In this document: one piece after another, positions 39,245 to 52,311 of the stretch | How positions within the stretch are numbered: position 1 is the first letter of the stretch | Layout: each line of letters opens with the position of its first letter | Assembly (NCBI RefSeq): GCF_006345805.1 | Contig: NC_042998.1 | Span: forward strand, 116,560,001-116,624,000 | Direction: 5' to 3' | Source of the DNA: Octopus sinensis | Lineage: Eukaryota | Length of the DNA: 64,000 bases | Translations under genes and position numbers: made by a program | The notes under the pieces: model-generated | The model's input: only the letters and a program-made list of their open reading frames with translations | The model's database searches: none | What the model was told of the DNA's origin: nothing

Positions 39245-39385
39245 CTTATTTCAGTTTCAGTCTACCAACTCTACAGACAATGGGTCGGTCGGCCCGAGGC
39301 TATAGAAGACATTTACCCGATGTGCAATGATGTTAGACTGAAACCATAACTATGTGGATGTTATGCAGGATTCTTACCTCACTAT
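39245..39385 (-). mobile_element. SINE family B, 5' fragment
   Basis: ttcagtttcagtctaccaa...ggtcggcccgaggctatagaagaca matches 21841-21905. Confidence 0.8.
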
Positions 39386-40122
39386 ATAATATATATCACA
39401 TACATTTCTACTCAGATTTCCAAGCAGAAGTACTAAAAGAACGTTTGATCATCTGGATACGAGTACAAATTTTAGTGGAGTGCATCTGAACCAAAGTCAC
39501 TAAAAGTTGAATAATCTGTTTATTTTTCACGTTTATATGTATCCTTGCCCGGCCTTTTTTTCTCCACAACACTCTCATTCTGTGTTTACGTTTTAAAGAA
39601 GTTTCTCTTGTGCGAAAATCTCTTTGCAGCTCTGTATTATGAATTTCAAAAAGCCTTTTTTTCTTTTTGTTGATATAATTTCGAACTTGTTACAAGCAAG
39701 TTGTTTGAGGTTACTGATAAATCGTTTGAATGTTATTGAATAAAGGAAAATTATAGCTACTCGTGCATTAGATAATGATAGATCTTACCAGACTGAGATA
39801 TTCAAATTTTGTGAAGACTTACCTGAAAAATACGAAAGAAAAATATGACGTTAGAATTTACAAATTAAGGTAAATATATAGGTAGATATACAAATGAGCA
39901 AAATATTGGTGAGAGCAACCGTATGAAAACGCTGCGTGTAGAGCTTTTTTTTAAAACAAATATGTTAGATATCTCTTGATTGTACTGATTATCCACTGAT
40001 CACTTCTGGCTGAGGGAGGCATCTTCATTAAGTAATTACAGCTTTGAACATCCTGATTGCATACAGGTCTGTCTGACAAAATTATCTTATGATGTTCTTT
40101 TGTTTTCATTTAAGACAGAATG

Positions 40123-40245
40123 AAGGCGGTGAGTTGACAGATTCGTTACCAAGCCGGATTGCATGAATGCCGGAATTCCTTCTGGTCTCACGTTTAGAGT
40201 TTAAATTACTGCAAGGTCGACTTTGCCTTTCGTTCTTTCGTCCAT
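40123..40245 (+). mobile_element. SINE family A, 5' part
   Basis: aaggcggtgagttgacaga...aaggtcgactttgcctttc. Confidence 0.8.
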
Positions 40246-40504
40246 TGAAGTAGTGTGGTCGAAGTAAATCAACTTTACCTCTCTCCTAAAATTCTTGTTT
40301 GTACCATGATTTGAAACCATTTCAAACAGTATTGTATAAGTGGTAGAGATGGTGGTGATAGTGATGGTGCTGGTGGTTGGACTACTTGCTACTGAATCTT
40401 GCATCTCTTACCACGAGTTAAGTATTCTTTCAATGGGTAGGAATGGCATTTATAATGCTTAAAGAATAGGAAACAAATAGATTATAATTAGTAATGACTA
40501 CTAA

Positions 40505-40900
40505 GGGCGGAGAGCTGGCAGAATCTTTAGCACGCGAGGCGAAATGCTTAGCGGTATTTCGTCGGTCTTAACATTCTGTGTTCAAATTCCGCCTTGGTCG
40601 ACATTGCCTTTCATCCTTTCGAGATATAATTGTTGTTGAAAGTCAAGCTAGTTCGGTCTTAGTACACCTCTGATCATAGGCGTTTCAGGTATCACCAATG
40701 GAGCATTTTGTATATCAGCTTTAACAGTGTTCCATGATGTCCTTTTTTTCTTCTTAACTGCTGGTGATTTGGCTGCTATTACTAGCAGAATTTTGCAAAT
40801 GTCTAGACAACAGCAATCATAACTATAGTCACGTACCAGGGTCGATATGATTGATTACCTCCCTTCCCAGAAAATTTAAGTCTTATGACTATAACAGAAA
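40505..40900 (+). mobile_element. SINE family A interrupted by a 200-bp repeat (40629-40829)
   Basis: Head and body run to catcctttcgagat (about 40625); the SINE resumes at ccagggtcgatatgattgatt (about 40835). Confidence 0.75.
40629..40829 (+). repeat. About 200-bp interspersed repeat, copy 1
   Basis: Aligns by eye at roughly 80% with 42831-43026. Confidence 0.85.
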
Positions 40901-41698
40901 TAATTATTAGTAATGACTATTGTAGATATATCTGTAAATTGGTAGTTAATAGTTTGGGAAATAATCTATCTCCATATGAAATGAATAAGATATTGCTTCA
41001 ACATTATGTAGCAGAAACAAAGTCTATAAGATACTCTTAATTTAATACGATAAAAATATTTTGCATGAGACGGGCTTCAATAAAAATGTAGAAAGACCAC
41101 AAAGGGGATTGAGGTTCTACCAGATATAAGGCGAAACGCACTGTTTCGATATATTGTGTTAAACCTAATTTAGTTATATTCCTTCAGAGTGTTTGTTGGT
41201 AATAATGCATTCTATATACTCCCTTAGTAAAATCTCAATACGCTTGTTCAAGATATGGCCTATTTTTCTAAACATTTGTAGACACACACACACACACGCG
41301 CGCGCACATACGCGCGTAAAAGAATGCGCGCACATACGCGCGTACAACGCACACGCACACACACAATACGTTTATTAAGAAAGCCTTCAAGCAATTCCAT
41401 ATAAAATTTAGTGAAATAGGTGTTCAGACATATGTATGTATGTATGTATGTATGTATGTCTGCATGCATGTATTATATATGAAGATGTTACATATGTTTG
41501 CTTGTATTCGTTTGTTATAACTTTTATTGGTATGGCAGCGTAACATACGAAGGAACAACCCCACCCTCTCTGTGAATACTGACTCATGTCCAGTGTTGGC
41601 GTCATTAAGTAAATTATACTTTTGAAGTAGACCTTTTAATATGCCCACTATCTAGTTGCCGAAACTGTAATATATATATCTATCTATCTATCTACCTA

Positions 41699-41750
<52 letters not shown>

Positions 41751-41751
41751 A

Positions 41752-41816
<65 letters not shown>

Positions 41817-41819
41817 GAC

Positions 41820-42065
41820 GGCGCATGTCCTAGTAGTTAGGGTGTTGAAATCACGACCGCGAGATAGGGGTTTCAGCTCCTGGCCCGGTTGGTGCGTTGT
41901 GTTCTTGAGCAGAACATTTCATCTCATGCTGGTCTGCGAACACTTCGAAAGCTGACAACGTTGATTTGATGGATATAGTGAGCATATATGCGGCACAAAC
42001 ATTTGTGCAGGTCGTTCGAGAACAAAGGTGAATATCCATTCGTCCACTTCGACATGAGAGTCCAC
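41820..42065 (+). mobile_element. SINE family C (tRNA-type head, gcgttgtgttcttgagca core)
   Basis: ggcgcatgtcctagtagttagggtg...ggtttcagctcctggcccgg head lying between (TA)n and (CA)n arrays. Confidence 0.7.
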
Positions 42066-42103
42066 CACACACACACACATACACACACACACAGATATAT
42101 ATG

Positions 42104-42139
<36 letters not shown>

Positions 42140-42830
42140 TGTATGTATGTATGTATGTATGTATGTATATGTCTGTGTTTGTGAGTACACTCGCACATGT
42201 ACACACATTCAATATTAATACGTGTTAATACTGATGCATGCTTGCAAAAGTTTGATGCCATATTTATACAATGGTATTGGAAACTATGTTTAGCCTTGTT
42301 TAATATTTACAGTATTGATATTACGGATGAGATGGATGTCCATATTACCTCTTTGTGGAAACCACTTGGGAACCGCATTGTCATGAAAGAGTTTACCATA
42401 TCAAAACACTAATAAGTTAATACATTCAATATTAGTAAATGATTGACAAAATAAAATAATAAATGCCCAATTATATTTTTCTCATCGTGAGGAAACAGCG
42501 TTAATCATTCAAAAACAATATAAACAACAACGAAACAAGCTATTTTATGTAAAAACGAAATTTGACTTCTGTTATAACAATATTTCCCAGTTGAAAGGCA
42601 ATGCTTGTTATTTTAAGTTACATATAGTTGTCAGACTACGTTAGATATTGATATTTAGTAGGAATTCAGTTGTGTTAGATTGTTTGTTAATAAGCCTATA
42701 GTATTTTTCAGACACCGTTTGTGTAGCAATAACATTCCTATCCATTCGTATTGTTCTGAGGAATTTCAAGGAGATTTGATTGTATAGTAGCTTCCATAAT
42801 TTAATGGAAGACACATGTATTATTATTATC

Positions 42831-43026
42831 ATTGTTGTTGAAAGACAAGCAAGGCAAGTCTTAGCACACCTGTGATCATAGTCGTTTCAGGTATCACCAA
42901 TGGAGGATTTTGTATATCAGCTTTAACATTGTTCTACTATGTCCTTTTTCTTTAACTGCTGGTGATTTAGCTGCTGTTACTAGCAGAATTTACAGATATC
43001 TTGATAGTAGAAATCGTAACTATGGT
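42831..43026 (+). repeat. About 200-bp interspersed repeat, copy 2
   Basis: See copy 1. Confidence 0.85.
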
Positions 43027-43217
43027 GAAACATTTTATGTTTGTTGATCGGCATTCATTAAGTAAAAGTATGAGCAAAGAAACTATATTCTACTAATCAA
43101 CATAAGCTTTTAAAAAGTTTACGGCCTGACTTTAGGGAAATTGCTGCTTTTCCTAGCAATTATATGGACCGTCACATATTTGTACATACATAGATACATA
43201 TATGTACATACATACAC

Positions 43218-43298
<81 letters not shown>

Positions 43299-43301
<3 letters not shown>

Positions 43302-43927
43302 TCCTCCTCCCCCATTCCCGTCATCCATCTGCGACGATACTTCCGTCGTAACTGCTATTCTGTCTTTTCTCGCCCGCCTTGTAAGGCTTCCGGTCGACAA
43401 ATTTTCCCTCTCTCGTCTTCCACGATAATCAAGCGTTTGCAATACTTTTTTCGTCTGGCGTTAACAGCCCTTCTTATCTTGTTCTCCTTGTCCTGTCTCT
43501 CACTGTTATATATTTATTTTTCCACTGTTTATATATATATTTTTTACTGTTTATATGTTTGTACTGTCGTTACCGTCTTGCTTTTTTTTTTACCCCTCTG
43601 CGAAAAGATCTCAGAATTTTAATTGATTTGCTTTTCGCGGGAAGGAATTTTTCTTCGAAGTATACGTCTCGCTTTTATCCTTCGAAACGTTTAGTAGATG
43701 AAATCTTAGCGACTGAAGAAGGGGATTTTTCGTTGTGCTTATTGTCCTGTATCTCTCCTTTTTTTTGCTTGTCTTGTTCCTTGGTTTGTGTCTATGTGTT
43801 TCGTCTCTCTATGTGTTCGACGTCTTTTTGGTGTCCTGTACACATATATGCGTGTATATGTACATGTAGAGGTAGGTACGTACATATATGTTTATATATA
43901 TGCATATGTTCTATTTTATTAACATAT
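43299..43927 (+). repeat. Direct repeat R, copy 1 (about 629 bp)
   Basis: Matches 44166-44793 apart from 4 substitutions and small length differences in TA/T runs. Confidence 0.97.
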
Positions 43928-44165
43928 TATACGACTAAACGCACGCACCCTATTAAGTAAGATTGTTCTGTTTATCAAGTTAGCCTTGATATTAACTCTC
44001 ACGCGACTCTGCATCTTTCTTTCTTTCTCTCCCATTCCCTTTTTCGTCTTTTTTTCCCTCACTTAACTTGTCTCTTCCTCTCTCTCTCATTCTTCATTCT
44101 CTCTCTCCCTTTCAGCATTCTTCATGGTCTCCTCGCACCATTCCCCTTCTTCTCTCTCTTCCTCT

Positions 44166-44786
44166 TGCTCCTCCTCCCCCATTCCCGTCATCCATCTGCG
44201 ACGATACTTCCGTCGTAACTGCTATCCTGTCTTTTCTCGCCCGCCTTGTAAGGCTTCTGGTCGACAAATTTTCCCTCTCTCGTCTTCCACGATAATCCAG
44301 CGTTTGCAATACTTTTTTCGTCTGGCGTTAACAGCCCTTCTTATCTTGTTCTCCTTGTCCTGTCTCTCACTGTTATATATTTATTTTTCCACTGTTTATA
44401 TATATTTTTTACTGTTTATATGTTTGTACTGTCGTTACCGTCTTGCTTTTTTTTTTTACCCCTCTGCGAAAAGATCTCAGAATTTTAATTGATTTGCTTT
44501 TCGCGGGAAGGAATTTTTCTTCGAAGTATACGTCTCGCTTTTATCCTTCGAAACGTTTAGTAGATGAAATCTTAGCGACTGAAGAAGGGGATTTTTCGTT
44601 GTGCTTATTGTCCTGTATCTCTCCTTTTTTTTGCTTGTCTTGTTCCTTGGTTTGTGTCCATGTGTTTCGTCTCTCTATGTGTTCGACGTCTTTTTGGTGT
44701 CCTGTACACATATATGCGTGTATATGTACATGTAGAGGTAGGTACGTACATATATGTTTATATATATGCATATGTTCTATTTTATT

Positions 44787-44793
<7 letters not shown>
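44166..44793 (+). repeat. Direct repeat R, copy 2
   Basis: See copy 1; followed by (TA)n. Confidence 0.97.
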
Positions 44794-44828
<35 letters not shown>

Positions 44829-46120
44829 TACGACGGCTTATGTGTATGTACGTGTGTACGTGTGTGTGTGTATGTATAATAGGTTGATAGATGTTCCCTC
44901 ACCATTTGATATGTTGTCCCTGTCTCTTTTATCTTCCTTAGCTTTTTCTCTTTGGTATTCGACTCTTCCACATTTTTGCTTACCGTGAGTTCTTTCTCTC
45001 TCAATCGCTCTCTCGCTTTTTTTCTCTCTCTCTCATTCACACACACACATACACAAACACAAACACACACGCACTCTCTCACACGCCCGCACGCACAAAC
45101 AAACACGGATAAGCTGTTTCACTGACAAGAGAAACTGCAAATTCAAGAGCTTCATTAACATTATACGTTTTGTAAATGAAAGATTAAATTCATGCCTGCA
45201 TCCCCAATACCTTCATCTGAATCCATTCAGCCTACTCGCGCACATTTGAATTTTCTTTTTTATGAGCGATCTGGGAAGAAACATAAGAAATATTGCTGAC
45301 TGTTTTTGTGATGAAGTTAGAAATTGTGGAACCACGTTCAACACAGTCTTTCACCGTTAGGATGTCTATGAACAAAATAACAATGAGATACTGTGTTGAA
45401 TAACAATTCTAATATTATTCTATCCCTGAAAGGCAGCGAGCTATGTAGAACCGCTTCATCTATTCAAAGTCAATAAATTATATAATCGATTAGAAATTTC
45501 AGGACTTCAACCCGAAGTAGAAAGGGATATTATTCCTTCCCTCAAATGATTGTTTATGACGGCATTGCTGGTGCTCTTTAGATATTGGAACACAAACATA
45601 CGCACACAAGAAAACAGTAAGACCGCAATGAAGACAACAATAAGAAAAGATTATTTCGCTTTTATAGTTTAGTGTAGTGTAGAATAAGAATTGTTCCTAT
45701 TTCATAGCGTCAACGAGTTCAAGAAAATATTGTCAAGTGATGAAGACTTGACAAAATTTAATGGTGTTTGAACCTATTATTACTATGAATCATATATAAT
45801 TACATTGATTAGAAGATTGTGATTAAAAAGATGGAAAAGAAAGATGAAGAAGGGAGAGAAACAACAGAGAAAAGACAGAATATCAGTGTATGTGTGTATG
45901 TATGTGCTTGTGCATACATACATACATACATACATACATACATACATGCATATACACATACTTTGGTATACACAAATACACAACGTATATATATATATAT
46001 ATATTAGGGAAAGGAGACAAAACCGGAAGCCCTGGATAAAGAAGTTGTTGTTATCTGTTTGTTGGCATATGAAACGTTTTGTCCTATTCAAACATTAAAA
46101 CCTAAACCATTCGACAACAT

Positions 46121-46518
46121 AAGGGATCTAATGCGAGCGTCTTGGGCGGCTTAAATCAGCGCTAGAATAAAAACGACCGACTGTGGTTTGAAGACGAAGT
46201 GTGTTCTTCCATGAGTACAGGGCTCGACCATATACAGTGAGGATGACATTCCAAAGGCTGGAGCAGTTTGAAAGGAAAACGCTACCCCACCTACCATATT
46301 CCCCGGAAATTGCCTCATCTGATTAGCATTTATTCCGCCGTCTTCGAAATCACTTGGACGGAAGAGAATTTTGGAAAAGAGGCCTTGCAAATGAATTTTG
46401 GAAGAGCATTGTGGAAAATGAAGAGGAGTATATTTTAGATTAAAATTGAATTTTGTCTATGTTCATTTTATACTAAAAGAAGTATAAAATTACCGCATCA
46501 TTAATGGGATGATCTAAC

Positions 46519-46519
<1 letters not shown>
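46121..46519 (+). mobile_element. Mariner 3' fragment (different subfamily) with right TIR
   Basis: LKSALE*KRP, FFHE..ARPYT, LPHLPYSPEIASSD*HLFR.LRNHLDG; TIR-like ccgcatcattaatgggatgatctaa next to (TA)n. Confidence 0.85.
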
Positions 46520-46591
<72 letters not shown>

Positions 46592-47314
46592 AATCGTAAA
46601 ACGTGAAACATAGTTTGGAATAATATTCCGTCATATTATATATATATTGGTGGACGGATGTATGTACGTATGGATGGATGAAGGATACAAATTAATGAGG
46701 GCAAATGGCATCCAACATTTGATAAAAGGTGTTGTACATGAACAGTGCCAGAAAATAAAATTTATGGCACTACGAAACCATTACGGCAAACTTAACTCTT
46801 ACCTGGATTACTGATGAAATAGATTTATTAAATGGGTACTTTCTTCCTTGATATATCGCGAGATCAACCATCGAACACAAATTCAATAGCTGCACTATAT
46901 CATGTTATTCATTTTATTGGCATCTATCCGATATGATTTCGTAATCATATATTTTCCCAAATTCGTTCCTCTCATTTTATTTAACATTTAACTGCTAATC
47001 ACGTTTACATTTACTTTCCTACGTTCAATATGTATGCGTGTGTGTGCGCGCGTGTATCAGTGTTTGTTTTTATGTTAAGATATTATAAAAAAATCTATAT
47101 TACATTAATATTAAGTGTTACTCTATACTTTTGTGAAGTACAAAGTATACGTACATATATATACATACACGCACGCACGCACACACACACAGACACACAC
47201 ATATACACCTAGGAATATCTGTTTCTGTACGCGTTGATATATGTATGTATATATGTATGTATGTTTGTATGTAAGTATGTATGTATGTGTGTGTGCATGT
47301 ATGTGTGTGTGTGC

Positions 47315-47347
<33 letters not shown>

Positions 47348-47885
47348 TGTATGTATGTATGTTTGTATCTATGTATGTATGTATGAAATGTTTGTATGAG
47401 TTATTAGAGCAGTTTCAGATATTTACAAAACTTTACGGAATATATTGCACTTTTAATACATGATATTTTCCCTTTCCTTTATGGATTTGCAGCGACAATT
47501 TCCTTCATATCTATTTTCTATAGTGATCAATTATGTTTCACATAGTAGAAACGTGAGGTGGTATAAATGACTTATTATGGAATGATTCATGAATATATAA
47601 TATACAACAATAACCATGACTGTGTCTATATATGCGAAAAGTATCAGCATGCAAGTATATGTTTTAGTCGATATTTATATGTTCTTATGTGTGAGGAAAT
47701 ACAAACTAACGTGCACTTTTATGTATACATATATACATACATACTTCTGTTGTGGTAGGAAATTAGAGCTTAAGACTTTGAAAATTAGTTTGGTTAGAAA
47801 GTTCACACGGTGAGCGAATCGGAGTACAAATGGTTGTTGAAAAGCGTTTTCCTTTTGTATGTATATATATATATATATATATAAG

Positions 47886-47916
<31 letters not shown>

Positions 47917-48350
47917 CAGCTCCTTTCTCGTACACGAGCAATGCTATTGACAGAAAGAATCACTGAAATGAGTCAATGTTGATGCAATATAAGACAATTG
48001 CATGACTCTAGAGTCCTGCGAAGTTTTGCGCATTCTATTACATAATGCACAGCTATGCATTATGAACTCTCTTCACATGCTTTGAAAATTGTTTCTATAT
48101 TTACTTCGGATTGCTTGAAGTTAACTTTCTTTCTACACCTTTATATATATACAAATATTCCATAATTATAAACATAATTCCAATAAGGAATCATCTAGTT
48201 GCTTCACCACACACCGAATTTAGAAATAGGAGTTAAAAATTCCTTTTCTACTATAGTCAGAATCTCCAAGACTGTAAACCACTTTTTTAATGTAGGCAAA
48301 GAGAAAAACAATGAATCAACACGATTCCGATTACCCACACACGCATTTCG

Positions 48351-48386
<36 letters not shown>

Positions 48387-49566
48387 ACACACACACACAC
48401 GTACATGTATATATAATATATATATATAACTTCCCCATCACCGAAAATAAATGTTTTGAAAGTATTCTATCTGTCTCTGAAATAAGAATATATTTCATAT
48501 TTTGAACAAGTATACCACAATTTATCCATAATATTCTAACTATTGAATACCTAATACAATTTATTTCCCGCAGAATGGATTTGTAATAAGCTAGAATATG
48601 TTGGTATATTGAAAAAGAACTTATTTATTAATACCAAAATGCCTGTTCTACATACGGCCGCTATATTTCTACATATGATATCTATGAAATATAAGCAACA
48701 CATGGTGTCTGTACGTAAAAAGATGAATATAACAAGTATTGGTGAATATAACAAGCATGTAGTTTGAATAATCATACAGGATCTCCCTCGTCGACAGGTT
48801 GAATAATAATATCTATATAGATTGTTTTAATGACAGATACAAGTCTTGAAACTTACATAATTATAGCTGAACTTTTAAATTGCTTTATACCGATGAATTG
48901 ATAATCTATTGCTTGCAGGTTTGTCTATTGTCGTTTAAATAAACTTTTGTTTACCTTTTTTAAAACTATTATTCGTTTTATTCACTTCGTAATTGCATTG
49001 TGTATTGAGATTTCATGAAGGTAAGTGTTAAGAACTTGTTCATCTATCAACTATCTTTTGAATTGTGTTTATTCAGTAGTCGAGACACATAGTTTATGTG
49101 ATATACATTATTTGATTTATTTGATGTAAATGCTGGTTTATCTATTGTATACATTTTATTACATACACCTCTGTATTGTTATATAACTTAGTTTACTAAT
49201 GTTTAAAAATAACTGTAACAACTGCACCATCTGATTTGTAGATTAATATATTTGCTTGGTGTTATTTTGTGTTGTAGCTGGCATGTCTCATTTCTGCGAA
49301 ATCAGATGTCATAATGCATTCAATTCTACATATAATCGGCATCCGATTATAAGACTTCATTACAATATGAATAACATAGGGATCCACGCCGAAGTACCAC
49401 ACGCTTTACTGAATGAGAATTTGGTGTGCATTAAATAAATTCTTAAACATTTGATTAATTAGTTTATGCATAAATAATCTTCTTATGTGCTGGAACATGT
49501 TTATTCATATTCTCTTCTTTTTGCAGTGTCTAAAATATTTACTCGAGTCCTTCTTCAGCTAACTAG

Positions 49567-49772
49567 TTTGAAATTTTGGCCAAAAGCCAGCAATTTTGAG
49601 GGTGGGATCGAGTCGATTTCACCAACTAGAACCTTTTCTTATCGACTTCCCACCGCACCCAACAGGATTAAAAGTAAAATTAACATCGGAGGAATTCAGA
49701 ACCTAAAGACGAAAAAATGCCTGTAATTCATTTTTCTCGGTATGCTAACGATCCTGCCAGTTCGTTGCCTTA
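49567..49772 (-). mobile_element. SINE family A, diverged
   Basis: Reverse complement of the head (taaggcaacgaactggcaggatcgttagcatacc) and tail (aaaattgctggctt). Confidence 0.75.
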
Positions 49773-49789
49773 AACTGGAGTGTAATATT

Positions 49790-49982
49790 TTCAAGACGTA
49801 AGACGGAGAGATAGCATTTCGTCCGTCTTTACGTTCTTAGTTCAAATTCCACCGACGTCAACTTTACCATTTATTCTTCCGAGAAAGAGAAAATAAATAG
49901 CAGTAGAACACTGCCGTCGATGTAATCAACTAGCCTTGCCTCGAAAATTGCTGATCTTGTGCGAAAAGTTGAAATCAATATT
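49790..49982 (+). mobile_element. SINE family A, 5'-truncated
   Basis: atttcgtccgtctttacgttcttagttcaaattccaccgacgtcaacttt...gtcgatgtaatcaact...aaaattgctgatcttgtgc. Confidence 0.8.
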
Positions 49983-51659
49983 AGCAAGGTGTCAGTGATA
50001 ATTTCATTGGGTTGGATATGATTAATAGTGTTCTGATATATCATTCATCTGTAGAACATTTACTCAGGTAGACCAATTTAAATACTTATATTGGTTAAAG
50101 TAATCGAAAAGTAACTAAGCATGGACATTTTGTCTCTCATCATCAATAGCATCACCGCTATGCAACTATAGTATAACATTTCTTATGACTAACATATTTA
50201 GAATGTTTAAGCTCTCACCAATAACTCTCGATGAGGCCCGATGACCTAGAACATAACAGCGAATCTATTTCGGAATATGTGTTTCGGAATATAAGTTTAT
50301 TCATATGAAATATAAGTAATATTAGGTGACAGCATTATATGCTTATATGTCAATATAAGTAGCATCAGGTAATACTAAACCTGTAATAGGAAGATAATAT
50401 AAACTTTATGTGTAGAGCAAAAAGTTTTGGTATTAAATAAAAGGATAACATTTTCAAATTGAACTGTGGTTTCGTTTCAAACAAAGTAATATTGGATTCG
50501 CTACAGCCGCTAAACAGGGAAGCAATATTTAGCTTTTAAATTTTATGGATAGTGGTACCTGCGAGAAGAAGTGGAAAAATGTTGCGTGTTTTATTTGCCT
50601 TTTTTGTCATTTGATACATTTTAATGTTAATACTAGGCTTAATATATAGGATCTGATTAGACCTTTAAATTGAAACGTGCCAGGCATCATAGTTTCTGCA
50701 GGTTGCAAGCAGATAGGAAGCAAGTTTGTCTATTCCTAGTCTATACTGGCTGTGGGTGATCGCTTACAGAAATTGGAATAAGAAGATAGGTAAGATGGAG
50801 AGTTGCTTGCAGAATTGGAGACAGTTACAAGAGCCTCTCACTGGTTATGGGGCAAGAGAAAGGGGCCTTAATTTAGAAACCAAAAGAGATGATGAACAAA
50901 TATTTGTATATGTATATATATTATACACTCATACATTATTTATTTCCAAGTGTTCTGTTAGTATATGTGTGTGCGTGCGTGTGTGTGTGTGTGTGTACTT
51001 ATATAAAGAACAAAATGAAGGAGATGGAAGAGAGAATGTTACTTTTTCTTCCGTTTTAGTTAATTTTTCCATGTCTTCCCTTTCTCACACAAGCCCTTAT
51101 TCACTTTCGGCAATAAAGTTCAACATATCTTTTCCATAAGTCAACTGTCGTAAACATTTTATACTGCGACGACCACGATGACGTCACATTTTCTATGTGA
51201 GTGCGTACTTTAAAATACATCCATCACGACACACACGTTCACTCACTGACTCTATCTCTATCTTTCTCTATCGCATACACTTATACACACACACAGACAC
51301 CTACGGGAGATGTTGAACGATGGATAACGGGTGAAAGATAGACGCTGATGTTTCATACCCTATGCATGTTCCATAGTTGAAAGTGAAAAAAGCCGGCACA
51401 AAGAGCTGGAAAGGAAGAGAGAAGGGGACGCGGACGACCGCAGAACCGAGGTCGTGCCGTACAAATTTTCAGGTCATTTTCATTTTAGACCCATGTCTCA
51501 CGCATGCGTAGAATTAGGCATTATCTTTCTCTTTCAATTTCCGATTATAATGCACGTTTTCACCTCTGTGGTGGTTTGTTCGTCACCTTTCATTAAGCAA
51601 AAATATACGAGCTCTTTTCTAGAACGACCCCTTAGGAACAGCATGTACTGCAATTTGGG

Positions 51660-52311
51660 CTCATGGTGTCTACATTGGCCGATCTTAAAGAAAATATAAG
51701 ACAACTTCAAAAGCAGCATGGTCTGCAGAGAGAGGTATTTTAGTACCTCGAAATGAAAGCATTGATAAAATAAAGCATGAACTCCTCCACATTCTAGATA
51801 GAGATGCTTTAACATTTGTCTCCATTGTCCCCACTGTTGAGTATCCAATTGAATTCGTCAACTCCCTACAACTCACAGGACTGCTACCGCATACGATGTT
51901 CCTAAAGAAAAGTGCACTTATCTAACTCTTGAGGAATTTGCACCCACCGCGACTATTTAATGGTACAAGATTGATTATAACTACAATGACAAGTCATGTC
52001 CTAGAAGCAACCATTATTGCCGTCATCTAGAAGAGATCGCATACATTACCTGCATGCCCTGTATTCCATCAAATGTGCTATTTCAGTTCAAGCGCCTCCA
52101 GTTCCCAGTGCGATTGTGCTTCTCTATGACAATCAACAAAGCCCAGGGTCAAACTTTAAAAATCACGTGTCACAATTTACAGCAACCCTACTTTTCTCAT
52201 GGACAACTATATGTAGCATGCTCTTGAGTTAACAGAACAGATGGCAGTGGAGATATATATTTACTCTGCTAACACTTGACTTACGCATCACATAGTTTAC
52301 CCAAAGCATTG
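51660..52311 (+). pseudogene. Helitron RepHel PIF1-family helicase C-terminal remnant
   Basis: ERGILVPRNE, YPIEFVNSLQLTGL.PH, LRNLHPPRLFNGTRL, FKRLQFPVRLCFSMTINKAQGQT, FSHGQLYVACS*V, IVYPKAL. Confidence 0.93.

Noticed and set aside
44443-44988. 181-aa ORF (and its 133-aa twin at 43559-43960)
   Set aside because: It lies in the duplicated repeat, is low-complexity, and its reading frames differ between the copies.
50230-50260. ctcgatgaggcccgatgacc as a hammerhead core
   Set aside because: No CUGA, no downstream GAAA and no stem II.
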